Below, one piece after another: positions 1 to 11,694 of a stretch of 64,000 nt of DNA (position 1 is its first letter; each line of letters begins with the position of its first letter). The position numbers and the translations under genes are program-made. Source of the DNA: Flectonema sp. DT1601 (lineage: Eukaryota); NCBI GenBank assembly GCA_964019425.1, contig OZ025795.1, positions 62,001-126,000 on the forward strand, in the 5' to 3' direction. The notes below the pieces were generated by a model. That model was not told where the DNA came from. It did no database searches and saw nothing but the letters and a program-made list of their open reading frames with translations.

Positions 1-1244
1 TCTTCTACGATAGTGTTGTTTACTTTCCAAGTAATGGAACAATCAACACGTCGTCCCCAGCGGGGGTTGACATGCAGGGCTGCTGTCGGATGTGATTTAT
101 TAACAATTGTTGTTTCTGCTGACAGAGGACATCTGGGTGTTCCAATCTTCATAGCTGGTTTCATATCGTAAATACTTTTTACAATCGCTTCTTTACAAAC
201 TGGGCAGAATGACTCTCCTACAGTTGAGAACATAATACATTCTTCATTTGTGGGCTTATAATAATTTGAGTACCCACAAACAGGAGAAGGTTTCTGCAAC
301 ACCTCACCAGCATCAATCCAGCCTGCCCACGGAATGCTTCCTGAACCACTCCAACAGTTTGCCAGAGGAATGTGATCGCTTTCAAATAGTTGAAAATCAT
401 ACTCATCGCTGAGGTCAGCAATACTGTGGCCAAGTTCATGTGCAAGTACAGCACCTAAGTATTCACCGTTATACACTACAGCAGTGTTAGTACCTCCAGT
501 ACCTCCATAAGTAATATCATTTACAATAACAATTCGTGAGTCTACTGCTGGTACTGTCGCTGCCAGTGCTGCCACAAGACGAGAGCTGCAAGAGAGAGCG
601 CGGATAGTAGTCTTTCCGTAGCTGCAATCAAGATTCGTATCAACTGATATGCCGTTACTTGGATGTGATGCTCCACGTTCAGCAGAAGGTTGAAAGACTG
701 CGTAGATATTCCAAAGTCCGAAGTACTTGTCGTACGGTTCTATTCCAACTACTCCATCAATTGCTCTGCTGACATCCCGAAAGAAGTTCTCGTGTTCACC
801 TGAAAGGTATCCCGAAGATAGAAATACAACATTAGGTTGTTGTTGAACTAACCCAGCAAGTTGCATAGTTCTATGAATAATATTACTGTTGGATAATGTT
901 GTTGGTTGACTTCGGATTGGTATGCTGCTGTCTGAGATTGTTAAAGAATGCGCATCACTACTCACAATTAAATAAATCTCACGCTCATGAGCAAATCCCT
1001 CACAATGTGATGAAGGAGTTGGAATCTTAGTAATTAATTGATAGTTCTCATTACTTGTTGTGATGTTGATTCGAATTGTTCTGCCTTCGCTCCAATTGAC
1101 GCTTTCAGTTAGCGCGGAGTTTGTACTTTTAATTACATCACATTCCCAACCGTCCTCCGAATACGACAACGCTACTAAGTTGTGTTCTCTTCCTTCACAG
1201 AAAGATAGGACGGAGGATATCAATGCGAGCCATACTTTTATCAT
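1..1244 (-). CDS. Secreted peptidase M64 (IgA-peptidase family) metalloprotease, 3' end runs off the window
   Basis: Not in the ORF track (no stop inside the window). ATG at 1244 gives the signal-like MIKVWLALISSVLSFCEG. Contains EPYDKYFGLWNIYAVFQPS, YGGTGG, the zinc motif HELGHSIADLSDEY (HELGH at 440-426) and CIM...FCPVCKEAI, typical of M64. Confidence 0.85.
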   Translation of the reverse strand, partial: MIKVWLALISSVLSFCEGREHNLVALSYSEDGWECDVIKSTNSALTESVNWSEGRTIRINITTSNENYQLITKIPTPSSHCEGFAHEREIYLIVSSDAHSLTISDSSIPIRSQPTTLSNSNIIHRTMQLAGLVQQQPNVVFLSSGYLSGEHENFFRDVSRAIDGVVGIEPYDKYFGLWNIYAVFQPSAERGASHPSNGISVDTNLDCSYGKTTIRALSCSSRLVAALAATVPAVDSRIVIVNDITYGGTGGTNTAVVYNGEYLGAVLAHELGHSIADLSDEYDFQLFESDHIPLANCWSGSGSIPWAGWIDAGEVLQKPSPVCGYSNYYKPTNEECIMFSTVGESFCPVCKEAIVKSIYDMKPAMKIGTPRCPLSAETTIVNKSHPTAALHVNPRWGRRVDCSITWKVNNTIVE

Positions 1245-1966
1245 TACTGTGAGGGGTTTTAATAATAGTAATTTAATAAATGTTTGACGCTATCCTTATG
1301 CGTAGATCACATCGTGTACGTAATAATATCAGCACCCAACTTCTGTTGAGTATCAATCACAAGCTACTCGCTGAGAGCCTTCGTATTCTAAGGTCACAAG
1401 TTGCTTTAAATCAAAAAAACAGAAATCACTTTTTTGAGAAAAAAGAGATAAATATCTCTCAAAACTAATTGTAAGACGTTGAAGGAAGACTCGTAACGAA
1501 AATAAATATAAAAACGACACATTAAAAGGATATAAAAAATACGAAGAAAGTATTCTTTGTAAACATCTCCCTTTTTTATAAAACCTCTTTATTTGCTTCT
1601 ACTAACTCGCAGACATATACCAGAAAAAGAAAAAAATGAAATATCAACCACAACACTCAAGGTAAGGCTACTATATTTAGAGTTATAGGTTGAGAATAAT
1701 AATTAAGAAAAAAAAAACACAAAAAACCCAAATTCAACTTATTCATACCAAAGTAATTAATTGTTGTCGTTTGAGACAACCATTTTAAATGCATTTAAGC
1801 AATAAAGAATTCAATTCTCTGGTAGAGTAACGAACCGCAACTTATAAAAGAAGTGAAAGTACTGAACTGATTGTGCTGCATCCATACTTCGTTATAATTA
1901 AAAAAAAAAAAAAAAAAAAAAAACATCGGTAGGCCAGAGAACATAGAAATTAAAATCAATAAACAG

Positions 1967-4135
1967 CTAGTCATCGAGGAATGCGAATATTTCGAAGTTG
2001 ACAACATGAAAGTATCCAGAGCATACCTTTGGTATTCCTTCAGGAGGGTTCGACCTCCCAGATTCGATTGAAGAGTCTGAAAAGTTTAGAAAATAATTTG
2101 AAGACGAGACGCCCAAATATAATTCTGACTTCGACATCTTACAAGCTGAAGTCATCTCAGGAATATAAACCGTCGAAGTGACGGGTGAGATTCGAAACCC
2201 AAACGATGAGTTATCTCCAGACATGGGAGACGATAAATAGAATCCAACTATTTCATTTTGACGAACAGTCTTCTTAGATCCCACCATCGGACATCTCTTC
2301 ATATCAGATGATAAATACATTAATAACAAACAACTAGTGTCTGAATCTAATTTATTGACTACTTTATTATTTATTGTCGACAGAAGGGATCCGTCTTGTG
2401 ATTTCTCATAAACTTTACGAAGTTGTCTTCTCCGACATGTTGAAGTTGGTACCCAAGAGTAGATTTCCTCCCAGTGCATAGTGAGGGTTACAATATCAGA
2501 AGGCGTTTCTATTTTTGGTCGAATGACGACAGAGTTACTCAAATCAACAGACATTTCTTGATCACTTACGGGACTCGGTTTTTTATTGTGAAGTTCCTTT
2601 CTCTTCAGAGAAATACCGAAGCAACTCGTTATAATCTTATCAGACGTGATTGGAGAACAGTTTCTAAGCAAACCAATAATATCTGTCTCTGGTCTTCTGT
2701 TGGCAGTCAAGTCGATGTATCTCAAAGATGATAACACAATTCGATAGTAGATTTTTGATCCTTCGACACAAAACATATCAAACACTCGACGTGTAAAATA
2801 TAAAGGAAACCCAGAACCACAAAGCAGTTTATTAAACCACGGAAGTACCATCTCTGCTGCTGTTTCATTGTGAGACAGGCTTTTGAATCGTTGATGGAAG
2901 TTTGTCGCCTTCTGACGAATCATTTCTTGAAGTTGTTTACTACAAACAGCAAGTGATCCCTTAGTTGAACCACTTTGATCAACAAGAGCGTGTTTCCTGC
3001 TACTCAGAAAGAAGTTCATAAGAACATCCCAAATCTGAGAAGGAGGTAAGTACCCCAAAAGGAATCCAACAATAATCGGAACAGAAGGATTAAATAAATA
3101 TGGATGTGAGTTAATTAAAATTGATAAGATGATGTAGAAATTTCTTTCTTGAACTGGTGACAGCTCAAAGTACGACAGCGAGAAAGTGTCATCGAGTCCA
3201 AACAGGTGAGGTTTTGGTGTGAATGATGAATCGCTTTCAATTCCTTGCCATTGAAATGTCGCATCTAAAGCTTTCTGATATTCACCATTCACGCGATTGA
3301 TACGATCAGCTGTTAGACAAAATACGGTTTTGTAAAATTGACTTCTGCGAGTCTCGGGTATGCCAGCCCTTACCACATCCTTATCGATACCTGTCTTACT
3401 CTTACGAAGTCTTTCTAAGTATTCTGTTTCTCTTTCCATTTGTTCATTCGCTGCTTGTATTTGTCGAGATTCAGATCTTTCGATACGAAAAGAATCATTT
3501 CTAGAAAGTCCCAAATCATCTGCCGGGTATCGTATTAATGATTCAGATGAGGGAGGTGTTTGGGGATTTAGTGGAGTTAGTTCGAGTGCTATTCTGTAAT
3601 TATTATCTGAAGGACGATAGACTTTTTGAATTACTCCACCGTGAGGAACTCTGACGAATGCTTGAATACCAATATCGTAATATCTCAGACCCATACCACT
3701 ACAGGTACTCGGGAAGTTTTCTGGTTCATCTTGTGGTCGAAGTGCACCACCTCGTCTTCTTGAAGTGGCTGAACCGCTAGATTGTGAAATTGATGGAAGT
3801 GAAAAAGATAAGTCTCCGTCTACCGCACATCCGACTTCCATTATTACTGGTTCGTTGAATCGAGTATTTCCCTCTGCCTTTCGGTGAATTTCAACACAAA
3901 ATACTGTTCCTTGTTGAGTTGGAAATTCTGTTTCACTTTTCACCATCAGATCTACGAGTCCCAACTCTGTTTCTAACAACATTGCCACAGATGGTTGTAT
4001 TCCAGAATGAGGATCATCTCGTGTTATCATCGTAACTAACTCCTGAGCAGTAATCACTCCTTCTTCTGGGAAGGCAAATCGAAATCCTCGCTGCTGATTC
4101 CATCCGCCATCGCTGTAGACCACCGAAGCCGACAT
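1967..4135 (-). CDS. Rab-GAP TBC domain protein with C-terminal TLDc-like domain (TBC1D24-like)
   Basis: Long ORF; first ATG at 4135. TBC-like motifs VRAGIPETRRSQFY, PWFNKLL, RRVFDMFCVEGSKIYYRIVL. TLDc-like tail (IYSWVP...KVYEKSQDGSLL...VVNFEIFAF). Confidence 0.7.
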   Translation of the reverse strand: MSASVVYSDGGWNQQRGFRFAFPEEGVITAQELVTMITRDDPHSGIQPSVAMLLETELGLVDLMVKSETEFPTQQGTVFCVEIHRKAEGNTRFNEPVIMEVGCAVDGDLSFSLPSISQSSGSATSRRRGGALRPQDEPENFPSTCSGMGLRYYDIGIQAFVRVPHGGVIQKVYRPSDNNYRIALELTPLNPQTPPSSESLIRYPADDLGLSRNDSFRIERSESRQIQAANEQMERETEYLERLRKSKTGIDKDVVRAGIPETRRSQFYKTVFCLTADRINRVNGEYQKALDATFQWQGIESDSSFTPKPHLFGLDDTFSLSYFELSPVQERNFYIILSILINSHPYLFNPSVPIIVGFLLGYLPPSQIWDVLMNFFLSSRKHALVDQSGSTKGSLAVCSKQLQEMIRQKATNFHQRFKSLSHNETAAEMVLPWFNKLLCGSGFPLYFTRRVFDMFCVEGSKIYYRIVLSSLRYIDLTANRRPETDIIGLLRNCSPITSDKIITSCFGISLKRKELHNKKPSPVSDQEMSVDLSNSVVIRPKIETPSDIVTLTMHWEEIYSWVPTSTCRRRQLRKVYEKSQDGSLLSTINNKVVNKLDSDTSCLLLMYLSSDMKRCPMVGSKKTVRQNEIVGFYLSSPMSGDNSSFGFRISPVTSTVYIPEMTSACKMSKSELYLGVSSSNYFLNFSDSSIESGRSNPPEGIPKVCSGYFHVVNFEIFAFLDD

Positions 4136-4429
4136 ATGCAGTGCTGTGAAATATGTGAATAATGAGATTCGGTGAGGTGTCAACTTCTCAACACAAATTC
4201 TATCGATTCGATAAACTGATAATCGAAGGCCCACATTAGGATTTGGTTAGGTGCCGAGTGGACTCTTGCACGGACAACAAACAAATCAGTTTGCGCGTAC
4301 CTGTTCATCTGACCACAAGGACTTCGTTAAGTACAACATATGAAAGAACAATTACGTAATAGACACACGAACACTAAAGACTTGATCAACACTTTGAGAT
4401 AAAATAAAAAGAACGAAGTTTGAAATGTT

Positions 4430-5608
4430 CTAATCGAACATGTCACCGAAGTCGCAGTCATCTTCGTCCTCTTCTTCGACAGGGGCAGCGGCGGCAGCAG
4501 CAGCAGGTTTGCTGTCAGCTGGTGCGCCAGCGGCAGCTGGAGCAGCAGAGACCTTTCCTTCTTTAATGTCCTGCTTGAGTTGAGCAGCTCCAAACGCCTC
4601 AAAGTCGTAGTCCGTACCCAACGAAATCGAGAACACGTTCTTGAACGCGTTAAGGGCAACGTGTGGGAAGGACGCCTCGGTGGTCCAACCAAGACCAAGT
4701 GACAATCCAACCACTTTGTTAATTCCAGCACGTACCATCTGCTGTTTGTCATCTTCAGTCATCTTCAATACCTTCGGACTGTAGAATGATCCCTGGTCGT
4801 AGATCTCCTCCATCTGTTTTGAGTAGTTGTTAAAACTTTATTGTGATCCATTCTATGATTCGATTGTATGACTCAAGAAGGATGCGAAGACAATAGTTGA
4901 ATCAGTTCTAATTATTATTTATTACAATTATTACATACCACAAGTCCGTAGTAGAATGGGTTGATCTTCATCTTCTGGAGAAGGGTGGCCTCAGAAGGTC
5001 CAACCTTGTCACCCCTCTTGATAAGGTGAACTTCATTCAACATTTCAATAGTTCCCTTGGTGATCTTAGTGTGGATGTTCAAGGCCTGGAAGAACGAAGT
5101 CTGTCCTGGCTCAAGAGCAGTGATACCCGCTGGAATCTTAACATCACATGGAGCAACAGATCCAACACGAGCCTGGGACTGTACGACGTTCTCCTCAACC
5201 ATCTTCATGACTTCAGTAAGGTTGTCTGATTGGTTTTGGATTAAATTAATTCTGAATTATAAATACTTTACTAACTAATTAATAAAACATACCATTAGTA
5301 AAGATAAGCCCACGGTTTAACTTCAACATCTGTCCAAAGCGTTCGAGTTGAAGTTGCTTGATGGAGTTCTCAGGATCAGCGTCAGCACGTTCCTGAAGAA
5401 CCTTCTTCATCATGGTGTTCTTACCCATGAGGATCTTTCCTTCAATTGGGAACTCTCCCTTCTTACGAAGTCCAATACGCATGGTGTTGAACTGACGGGA
5501 GGTCACGTTATCACACCCAACTACTACAACCTTATCGTAGCTGTCGAGGTACTCATTCATCTTAACGAAGAATCCCTTCTTCTTAGTTGAGTAGTCTCTA
5601 GCAGACAT
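4430..5608 (-). CDS. RPLP0: 60S acidic ribosomal protein P0 (uL10), 3 exons: 5608-5293, 5225-4939, 4813-4430
   Basis: Motifs ILMGKNTMMKK, GQTSFFQALNIHTKITKGTIE and acidic tail EEEDEDDCDFGDMFD. Two GT-AG introns restore the frame. Confidence 0.95.
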
Positions 5609-5925
5609 TATATGTGTTGGATGACTTGTTGATTACCTGCTCGGATTAATTAAAATTATTACAATTTGAACAGAACTACAACAGAGACGCTACCATCGGG
5701 TGAATAAACGGGAGAAAGGGAAATAGTTTTGTACCTGAAAGGAAACAAACATAACAAAATTACAGAACACTAAAATCACAACATGTTCAGGAAGTTGCAT
5801 CGAAGTTTGCAACCAACAACACACACACGATTGACATAGTAGCGGGATAGAGTGGGAACACTATTTCATGTTTCACACGAGCTCTGGTAAAGTTCTTTGG
5901 TACAATTGAGAGGCTCGATTGGGGC

Positions 5926-6390
5926 TTACGTGGCGGAGAGTTTCTTAGCGAAGTCTTCGTAGTTGATATGACCATCCTTACCAGAAACACCTGCTTCTCT
6001 TATCATCTCATCCACTTCATCATTGTGGAACTTCTCTCCGAGGTTGGTCATCACGTGACGAAATTCATTTGTGTGACACTTTCCCTTTCCTTCTTTATCA
6101 AATACTCGAAAAGCTTCAGTTATCTCTTGTTCTGTATTCTGAATCAGTCCTCCAGCCATAGTCTGAAAATTCTGAAAATATATGACACCACAACTAGTAG
6201 GGTCAGCCTGTAGATACAATGCTGGTAACTCTTGATCTGATGGGTTCTGACCGAGTGCTTTTAATAAAGTTGGAAGTTCAACAGTTGCAATCGTATCATC
6301 GTTTACCTGCCTCGCTCTGCAGGACAACTCACTAAAGAGTTGCCAAATCTCTCGCAGTTCTGTCTGCTCGTCTGCTGTCATTTCCGCCAT
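5926..6390 (-). CDS. Calmodulin-like / myosin light chain-like EF-hand protein
   Basis: [19 protein letters not shown]...[13 protein letters not shown]...[12 protein letters not shown]...[10 protein letters not shown]...VDEMIREA. Several EF loops are degenerate. Confidence 0.85.
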   Translation of the reverse strand: MAEMTADEQTELREIWQLFSELSCRARQVNDDTIATVELPTLLKALGQNPSDQELPALYLQADPTSCGVIYFQNFQTMAGGLIQNTEQEITEAFRVFDKEGKGKCHTNEFRHVMTNLGEKFHNDEVDEMIREAGVSGKDGHINYEDFAKKLSAT

Positions 6391-7852
6391 TTTTTGAAGA
6401 TTTTTCTGAAGAAATAAAATAATTCCGAAGAGGACATTACACTGCTTGTTCAAAGGAACTCAACTCCTATTTCACACCCTTCAGACATATTTTGATAATT
6501 AGAATTGCGATTAATATAATACAGAATACAACAATAACTATTCTCAACTTAAATTGACAACTAAATAGAACATTGAAGAAGCCAGATGTGATCTTTCTAA
6601 CGATAGAAAGAAAAAAAATAATAAAACTGCAGGGGATTGGATCGAAACTAGAATACTACAACTGAAGTGGTGAACATCATATGGAAAGTAGACAAAACAG
6701 TTGGTGGGTGACGTCCAACAAATGTGAATGACTTGCTTTCATAAAGAGTTCCCTACAATTTCTAACTACTTCTGAACTAAATAATAAAAGTATAGCACTG
6801 CTTCCCATCTCTATTAATATTTCCAACAGGAAGCAACAGCTAACTGTTTCTCTCTTTTTTCTGACTGGGTAATCGATTAGCTCACAAGAGGAATGTCAGC
6901 TTCCTGCGCCCTTTTCTTTTGTTTTTGGCACAACAAAACAATGGAGGAAAAAAACAAAATAAATAGATTTGTATATTTGAAATAAAAAGAAATAAAAATA
7001 AAAAAATAAAATAGTTTTTTTTTAAAAAAATACTCTCAACTATCAATTTCTTTGAGACGTACTACAGGTTCACAAACAAAGGGTACACTTCACAACAGTA
7101 AATAAATAACTTACCTTGCCACTGAAAGGACGTCTTTCCAAATCTGTTTTTTAGCCAGCAAGAGCCCAACGAATTCAGAATGCATCTAGTTCTATGGCAA
7201 AGGTTCGATAGTTCTTATGTTAAAAAATAAAATAAACTCAAACGCTCTCCCTTCATTGCGCCTTTCGGAATATGAATAGCACAGCCAAATAATAAAACGT
7301 GGCTCCCCCACAACTCTTATGTCAGAAACCAACACCAAAGTCATCTATCGAAAATAATAACAACAAAAATAACAAATCAGACTTAAAGAACGATATATTA
7401 AAAATAAAATTTAAAAAAAAAAAAAAAATAGAATTTGGTGTCGCAAGTAAATAACTTTCCAACTCGTACTTTCTGGTGGACTTGTTTACGTCCAAAGGAT
7501 GAGGCTCCCCACAACTTCAATCAGATGAAGAGTTCATTACCATCATCACACAGCACGTTAATAACATAAAAAATATTACATCAGAAGTTGTAAAAGATAC
7601 CAACTGTTAAAGTTAATGCTCTGGGAGAGTGTTCTGCAATTAAACAGAACAACAACACAACAAATGTATACTTGTGAACATAAGTCCTGGTAAGGGACTA
7701 CTACTACTGAACAATGGCAGTGGAATAGAAATGATATTTTATCACAAGTCGATCTCGCAGCTTTCAACATCAGCAAAATCGTTATTCGACTTTTCGATAA
7801 CAGCGATCGCAATACTGACAACCCGACAGTTCGCAGTTGAATTTGGAATTAA

Positions 7853-8940
7853 TTACCTGATCGGAGGACCTGAGTGCGGTGCAACACTTTGTTGATGAGA
7901 AACATGAGAAGCAACCGGTCGCGAAACTGACGGCTGTTGCGACACTCTCGACGCCACAGGTTGTACAATTGACGCCTGTTGCGACACTCTCGACGCCACA
8001 GGTTGTACAATTGACGCCTGTTGCGACATCACTGGAGGTGCTGCTGAAGGTTGCTGTGATAAGTATGATGGCATCTGAGGTTGTACTGGTGACTGCGTTG
8101 CGTTGTTGTAGGCCGACTGTTTGTTTTGTTTTATTTTGTTTTTGACTTAAATATTTGTAACGAAATGTTTTGATATCACAAAAGAGGTACACCAGCCCAA
8201 GACTAAGAATCCCTCTTAGATTAGATAAAACATACATTTCTAGACTCAAGGTTGTGTGCAGTCAATCTTGAAGGTGAAGGATGAGCAAGAGGTTGTCCTC
8301 CCACAGCAGCTGATGACGATTCAACAACTGGTATAAGATGAAGTGTTGCATTAGAAGGAATATGAAACGCTCCCAACATATACGAGTCAGGTATTAAGTC
8401 CATTCCTCCGTAAGATAATTTCATTGTTTCTGGTGGCACTCCAGACACTTCGGATATTTTTTCTTTTATTTGTGTCATCTCCTGAGTTGAAACAACGTCG
8501 ACTGTGTACGTGTCCCCATTTATACTTTTAACAGTGATAGGACCTTCCCATTTATTGTCCATCGCATATTTCTGATTCTCAAGAGCAGTGATGTCTCTCT
8601 CTAATTGGATTTGCTGTTGAGCCATTGCAGCGCTAGTGGCAGCTTGATCCCAGGTTTGAATTTCTTCTCGACTGGTACTTCTTTTTACGTTCCTATCAGG
8701 TGAGAATGGCGTGGCTCCTGCAGTTTCTGGAGCTGGAGAAGGGATTTGAGACGGCATTGGTCTCACTCCTGAGATCATACCGGGTGCTTCAAAATCCCTC
8801 TCTCCAAACTCATCTTCTACTTCATCACGATCTTTATACTTCTTAGCCATCTTGTAACCAATAACAAACAACACTAAACCCAATATACATAATATAACTG
8901 AGACTACAGTGCATGCGATACCCCAAGCTGGCATACCCAT
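7853..8940 (-). CDS. Single-pass membrane protein with cytosolic ubiquitin-like domain and Q/S/P-rich tail (exons 8940-8236, 8116-7853; a further exon is possible)
   Basis: N-terminal TM (AWGIACTVVSVILCILGLVLFVIGY) and Ubl fold (ITVKSINGDTYTVDV...IKEKISEVSGVPPETMKL...ATLHLI). A GTATGT...AAACAG intron joins the 7853-8074 ORF in frame. Confidence 0.7.
7934..8027. repeat. 42-bp coding tandem repeat (about 2.3 units, QQASIVQPVASRVS)
   Basis: ctgttgcgacactctcgacgccacaggttgtacaattgacgc repeated directly. Confidence 0.85.
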
Positions 8941-9284
8941 CTTGTTTTGTTTATGGGTCTGGAAATAGGAAAATAGAAGTTTACCATCTGATTGACTACA
9001 ATAGATCATCTCTCCTTATTGGTCAAACCTAACTAGTGGAAATAATACATAAAAAGAATCAACCATCCGAACACGTGTAGAGATTTTGTAATAGTAACTG
9101 AGTAACAGATTTGTTCTTTTTTTTTTTTTAAAATTCCCCTCTCTTTGTGGGATTTTTTTTTTGTACTTTCTTATTATTTTTACAGTAATACTAATTGCTA
9201 GTACGTAAGTACTTGGCTGGCACGCCAAATCAGGTTGGGGATCTCGATAAGGTGCGATAATGTAAACCGAAGATGGGACCTTTG

Positions 9285-10670
9285 TTATTGTTTAGCTTCA
9301 TCAAGAACCGAACACTTTATTAGTCCCAATGCTTTCAAATCGAGGACAGGTAGACCAGCTTCACGACACTTCTGTTCATAAGCTCGAGAGACGTCAACGT
9401 GTTGATGTTGAACTTTACAAAGTTCGAAGTGAAGATCTTTTATGGCTCTGTTTTTAGTTTCTAACATGTCTTCTAATTTCCTGGTAACGATGTCAAGAGC
9501 AACTGGTTCAAGTTTCGCAGCTTGAAGTACACCAGCAAGATGAGCATCTTTTCCTTCTAAAGAATCTTTTAACTTCGTCAGCTTATCATCAACAAGTCTA
9601 TTCTTCTTGTTTGCTTGTGACTGCATTGATGTCAGGGAATCCTTAAAACTATCAACTAGTTTTTCCTTCTCTTCTTTAGCTTCATCGTATTTAGTTCGAA
9701 GCCCGGCATCGTCTTCTTTAAGTTGCTTAAACTGGCATTCTAACACAACTAGTCTTGATCGAGCATTCTTTAATGACATTTTATCCTTTTCATAATTAGC
9801 AAGTTGCCTTCTGAGAGATTCTACTTCCTCTTCAGCTTTGTGAAGTGGTTCTTTTAGCTTTTTATTTTCTTGAGCTATTTCGTACATTAGTTTTATGTTA
9901 TAGTTTTCATTCTTTTTCATGTTCGCAACTTCTTCTTTTAAGGATTTAATGAGGTCTAAATTATTAGAAGTGATGTCGTTGTAGTATTCTTTTATTTCTT
10001 GAAAGGCGACGTCGTGTTTCTGAACGAGTTCTTTAATGTGTTCGTTTTTTCGTTCTTCAATTTCGTGAGTCTCAGCTCTTCTGCGGAGTTCGAGTTCAGC
10101 GCGGAGGAGTTCAAGTTTTTCTTCGTATTTTTGTTGCATGTCGAGAATGAATTTATCGTGGTGTGTTTGTTGTGTACTTAACATTGATCTCGCCATGTTA
10201 CGTTCGTTGTTGATGTCGTCAACGTGACTGTTTTGAACTTCCGCATGGTTTAATCTGAGGTCTTTCTTTTGGTCTTTTAGAACTTTAATATTTGATTCGT
10301 AGTCTTTCTCAGCTTCTAATAATTGTTGTTCAGACTTCTCACGTAGTTCTTGAAGTTGGACTTTGTGTTCGTATAAAAGATGTCTTACTTTTTGTTTATA
10401 AACTTTCATCTCAACTTGGTGTTTCTCTTCCATGTCTTCAATATCTCTGTCGGCATTTCGAAGCTCAAATTTACTGCACTCCAATTCCTTTCTACTGATC
10501 TCCCAAAACTTTTGTATTCGATCTCGTTCTGTTTGAAAGTAGTTTCGAAGTTTTTTCGCTTTCTCTAATGCTTGAGTGACGTCTTCTAATTGTTTAGTCA
10601 TATCCAATTGATCTTGTTCTGGATCACCTGCTGTGTCATCTGTCTTGTCTTTGGTATCTCCCTTGGCCAT
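9285..10670 (-). CDS. GAS8: Trypanin / GAS8 / dynein regulatory complex subunit 4
   Basis: RNYFQTERDRIQKFWEI, EMKVYKQKVRHLLYEH, KEYYNDITSNNLDLIKSLKEE; all coiled coil, 461 aa. Confidence 0.95.
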   Translation of the reverse strand: MAKGDTKDKTDDTAGDPEQDQLDMTKQLEDVTQALEKAKKLRNYFQTERDRIQKFWEISRKELECSKFELRNADRDIEDMEEKHQVEMKVYKQKVRHLLYEHKVQLQELREKSEQQLLEAEKDYESNIKVLKDQKKDLRLNHAEVQNSHVDDINNERNMARSMLSTQQTHHDKFILDMQQKYEEKLELLRAELELRRRAETHEIEERKNEHIKELVQKHDVAFQEIKEYYNDITSNNLDLIKSLKEEVANMKKNENYNIKLMYEIAQENKKLKEPLHKAEEEVESLRRQLANYEKDKMSLKNARSRLVVLECQFKQLKEDDAGLRTKYDEAKEEKEKLVDSFKDSLTSMQSQANKKNRLVDDKLTKLKDSLEGKDAHLAGVLQAAKLEPVALDIVTRKLEDMLETKNRAIKDLHFELCKVQHQHVDVSRAYEQKCREAGLPVLDLKALGLIKCSVLDEAKQ

Positions 10671-10850
10671 TTTATTAGAAACCCGTTTTCGGGGTATTCT
10701 GAATTAATGAAATATAATTTACACAAATATCAAATAATAAACCAGAAGACTACTTTAGAATAGAAAGTAATAGAAGTGAGAGATTGTGAAGGGTCGCAAT
10801 GAGAAGGGTCGCAATGAGAGATGGTTCGAAGTCAATATTTCGATTGTTGT

Positions 10851-11312
10851 TTAGCTCAAGGATGAGTTGTTTGCTTGCACATCATCGTGTGATTCTTTTA
10901 ATTGTGTTGTTGGTACTGATTGTATTAAATTGTTTAGGAAAACCTTTCTCAGTTTTCTGATGTTCTTCTTTCTGATGTCTACCAACAGTCGGAAGTATTC
11001 GTCCATCGGAGCAGCTGACTTCTCTTTCACTTGTTCTCGTTGTGTTCCGATGTAGTTTACGAGTCGTCTTTCTAATTTTGCTGCAAAGCGATCTCCAATT
11101 TGTTGCTTCTTCTGCAGCAGCTTCTTTAGAGAAGCCTTGCGGTAGTTCTGTTGCCACATCTCAAAAGGGGCAACTTTTCGCTTCTTCCACTTTGACCCAT
11201 CTTCTCCCTTTCTCCATCTGCTCAGTACTCCAATTTCTTCTGCAGCAGGTTGCTCGACGACGTGGCGTTTCCAGACGGAATTCTCCCACTTCCAACTCCA
11301 ATTCGTCTTCAT
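10851..11312 (-). CDS. Hypothetical basic helical protein (153 aa)
   Basis: ORF on the gene-bearing strand with a CCAG acceptor-like site just before the ATG. No family recognised, and an overlapping frame also looks coding-like. Confidence 0.45.
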   Translation of the reverse strand: MKTNWSWKWENSVWKRHVVEQPAAEEIGVLSRWRKGEDGSKWKKRKVAPFEMWQQNYRKASLKKLLQKKQQIGDRFAAKLERRLVNYIGTQREQVKEKSAAPMDEYFRLLVDIRKKNIRKLRKVFLNNLIQSVPTTQLKESHDDVQANNSSLS

Positions 11313-11694
11313 ATTTAATACTGGCGGGGAAATTAAAATATTCCTCCTCTGCCATCCGACTCATTGAAGCAGATTAAGTTTGCGTGATTAACGTCATCCC
11401 TGTTTAAGATAGTTTATAATAACGTGTCTACAGGTCTTAATGATCCTTAAGTAAAGCAGCACGGTATGAAAATACCGACAACAGGAAAGTGTAAATAAGT
11501 TAATTTTCAGAACAAAAAAAAAATGTACGGTCGGAAGACCAAATATTTTAATACACAAGTTGTGTATCTGAAGACAAATCTCTTCATCGATTTGTTCCAA
11601 GCGGCAGTTATCACAAAAACTGTCCCTCATTGTCTAGAATAGTCTTTTAGAGTCGTATGACTTAGTGATAGTAAAGATAAGTAGAATAAATATC

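Noticed and set aside
10788..10818. 15-bp tandem duplication GAAGGGTCGCAATGA
   Set aside because: Only two copies; ordinary slippage.
10882..11364. Two same-frame ORFs separated by one TGA (possible readthrough or selenocysteine)
   Set aside because: An overlapping uninterrupted 153-aa frame explains the region more simply. No SECIS or homology support visible.
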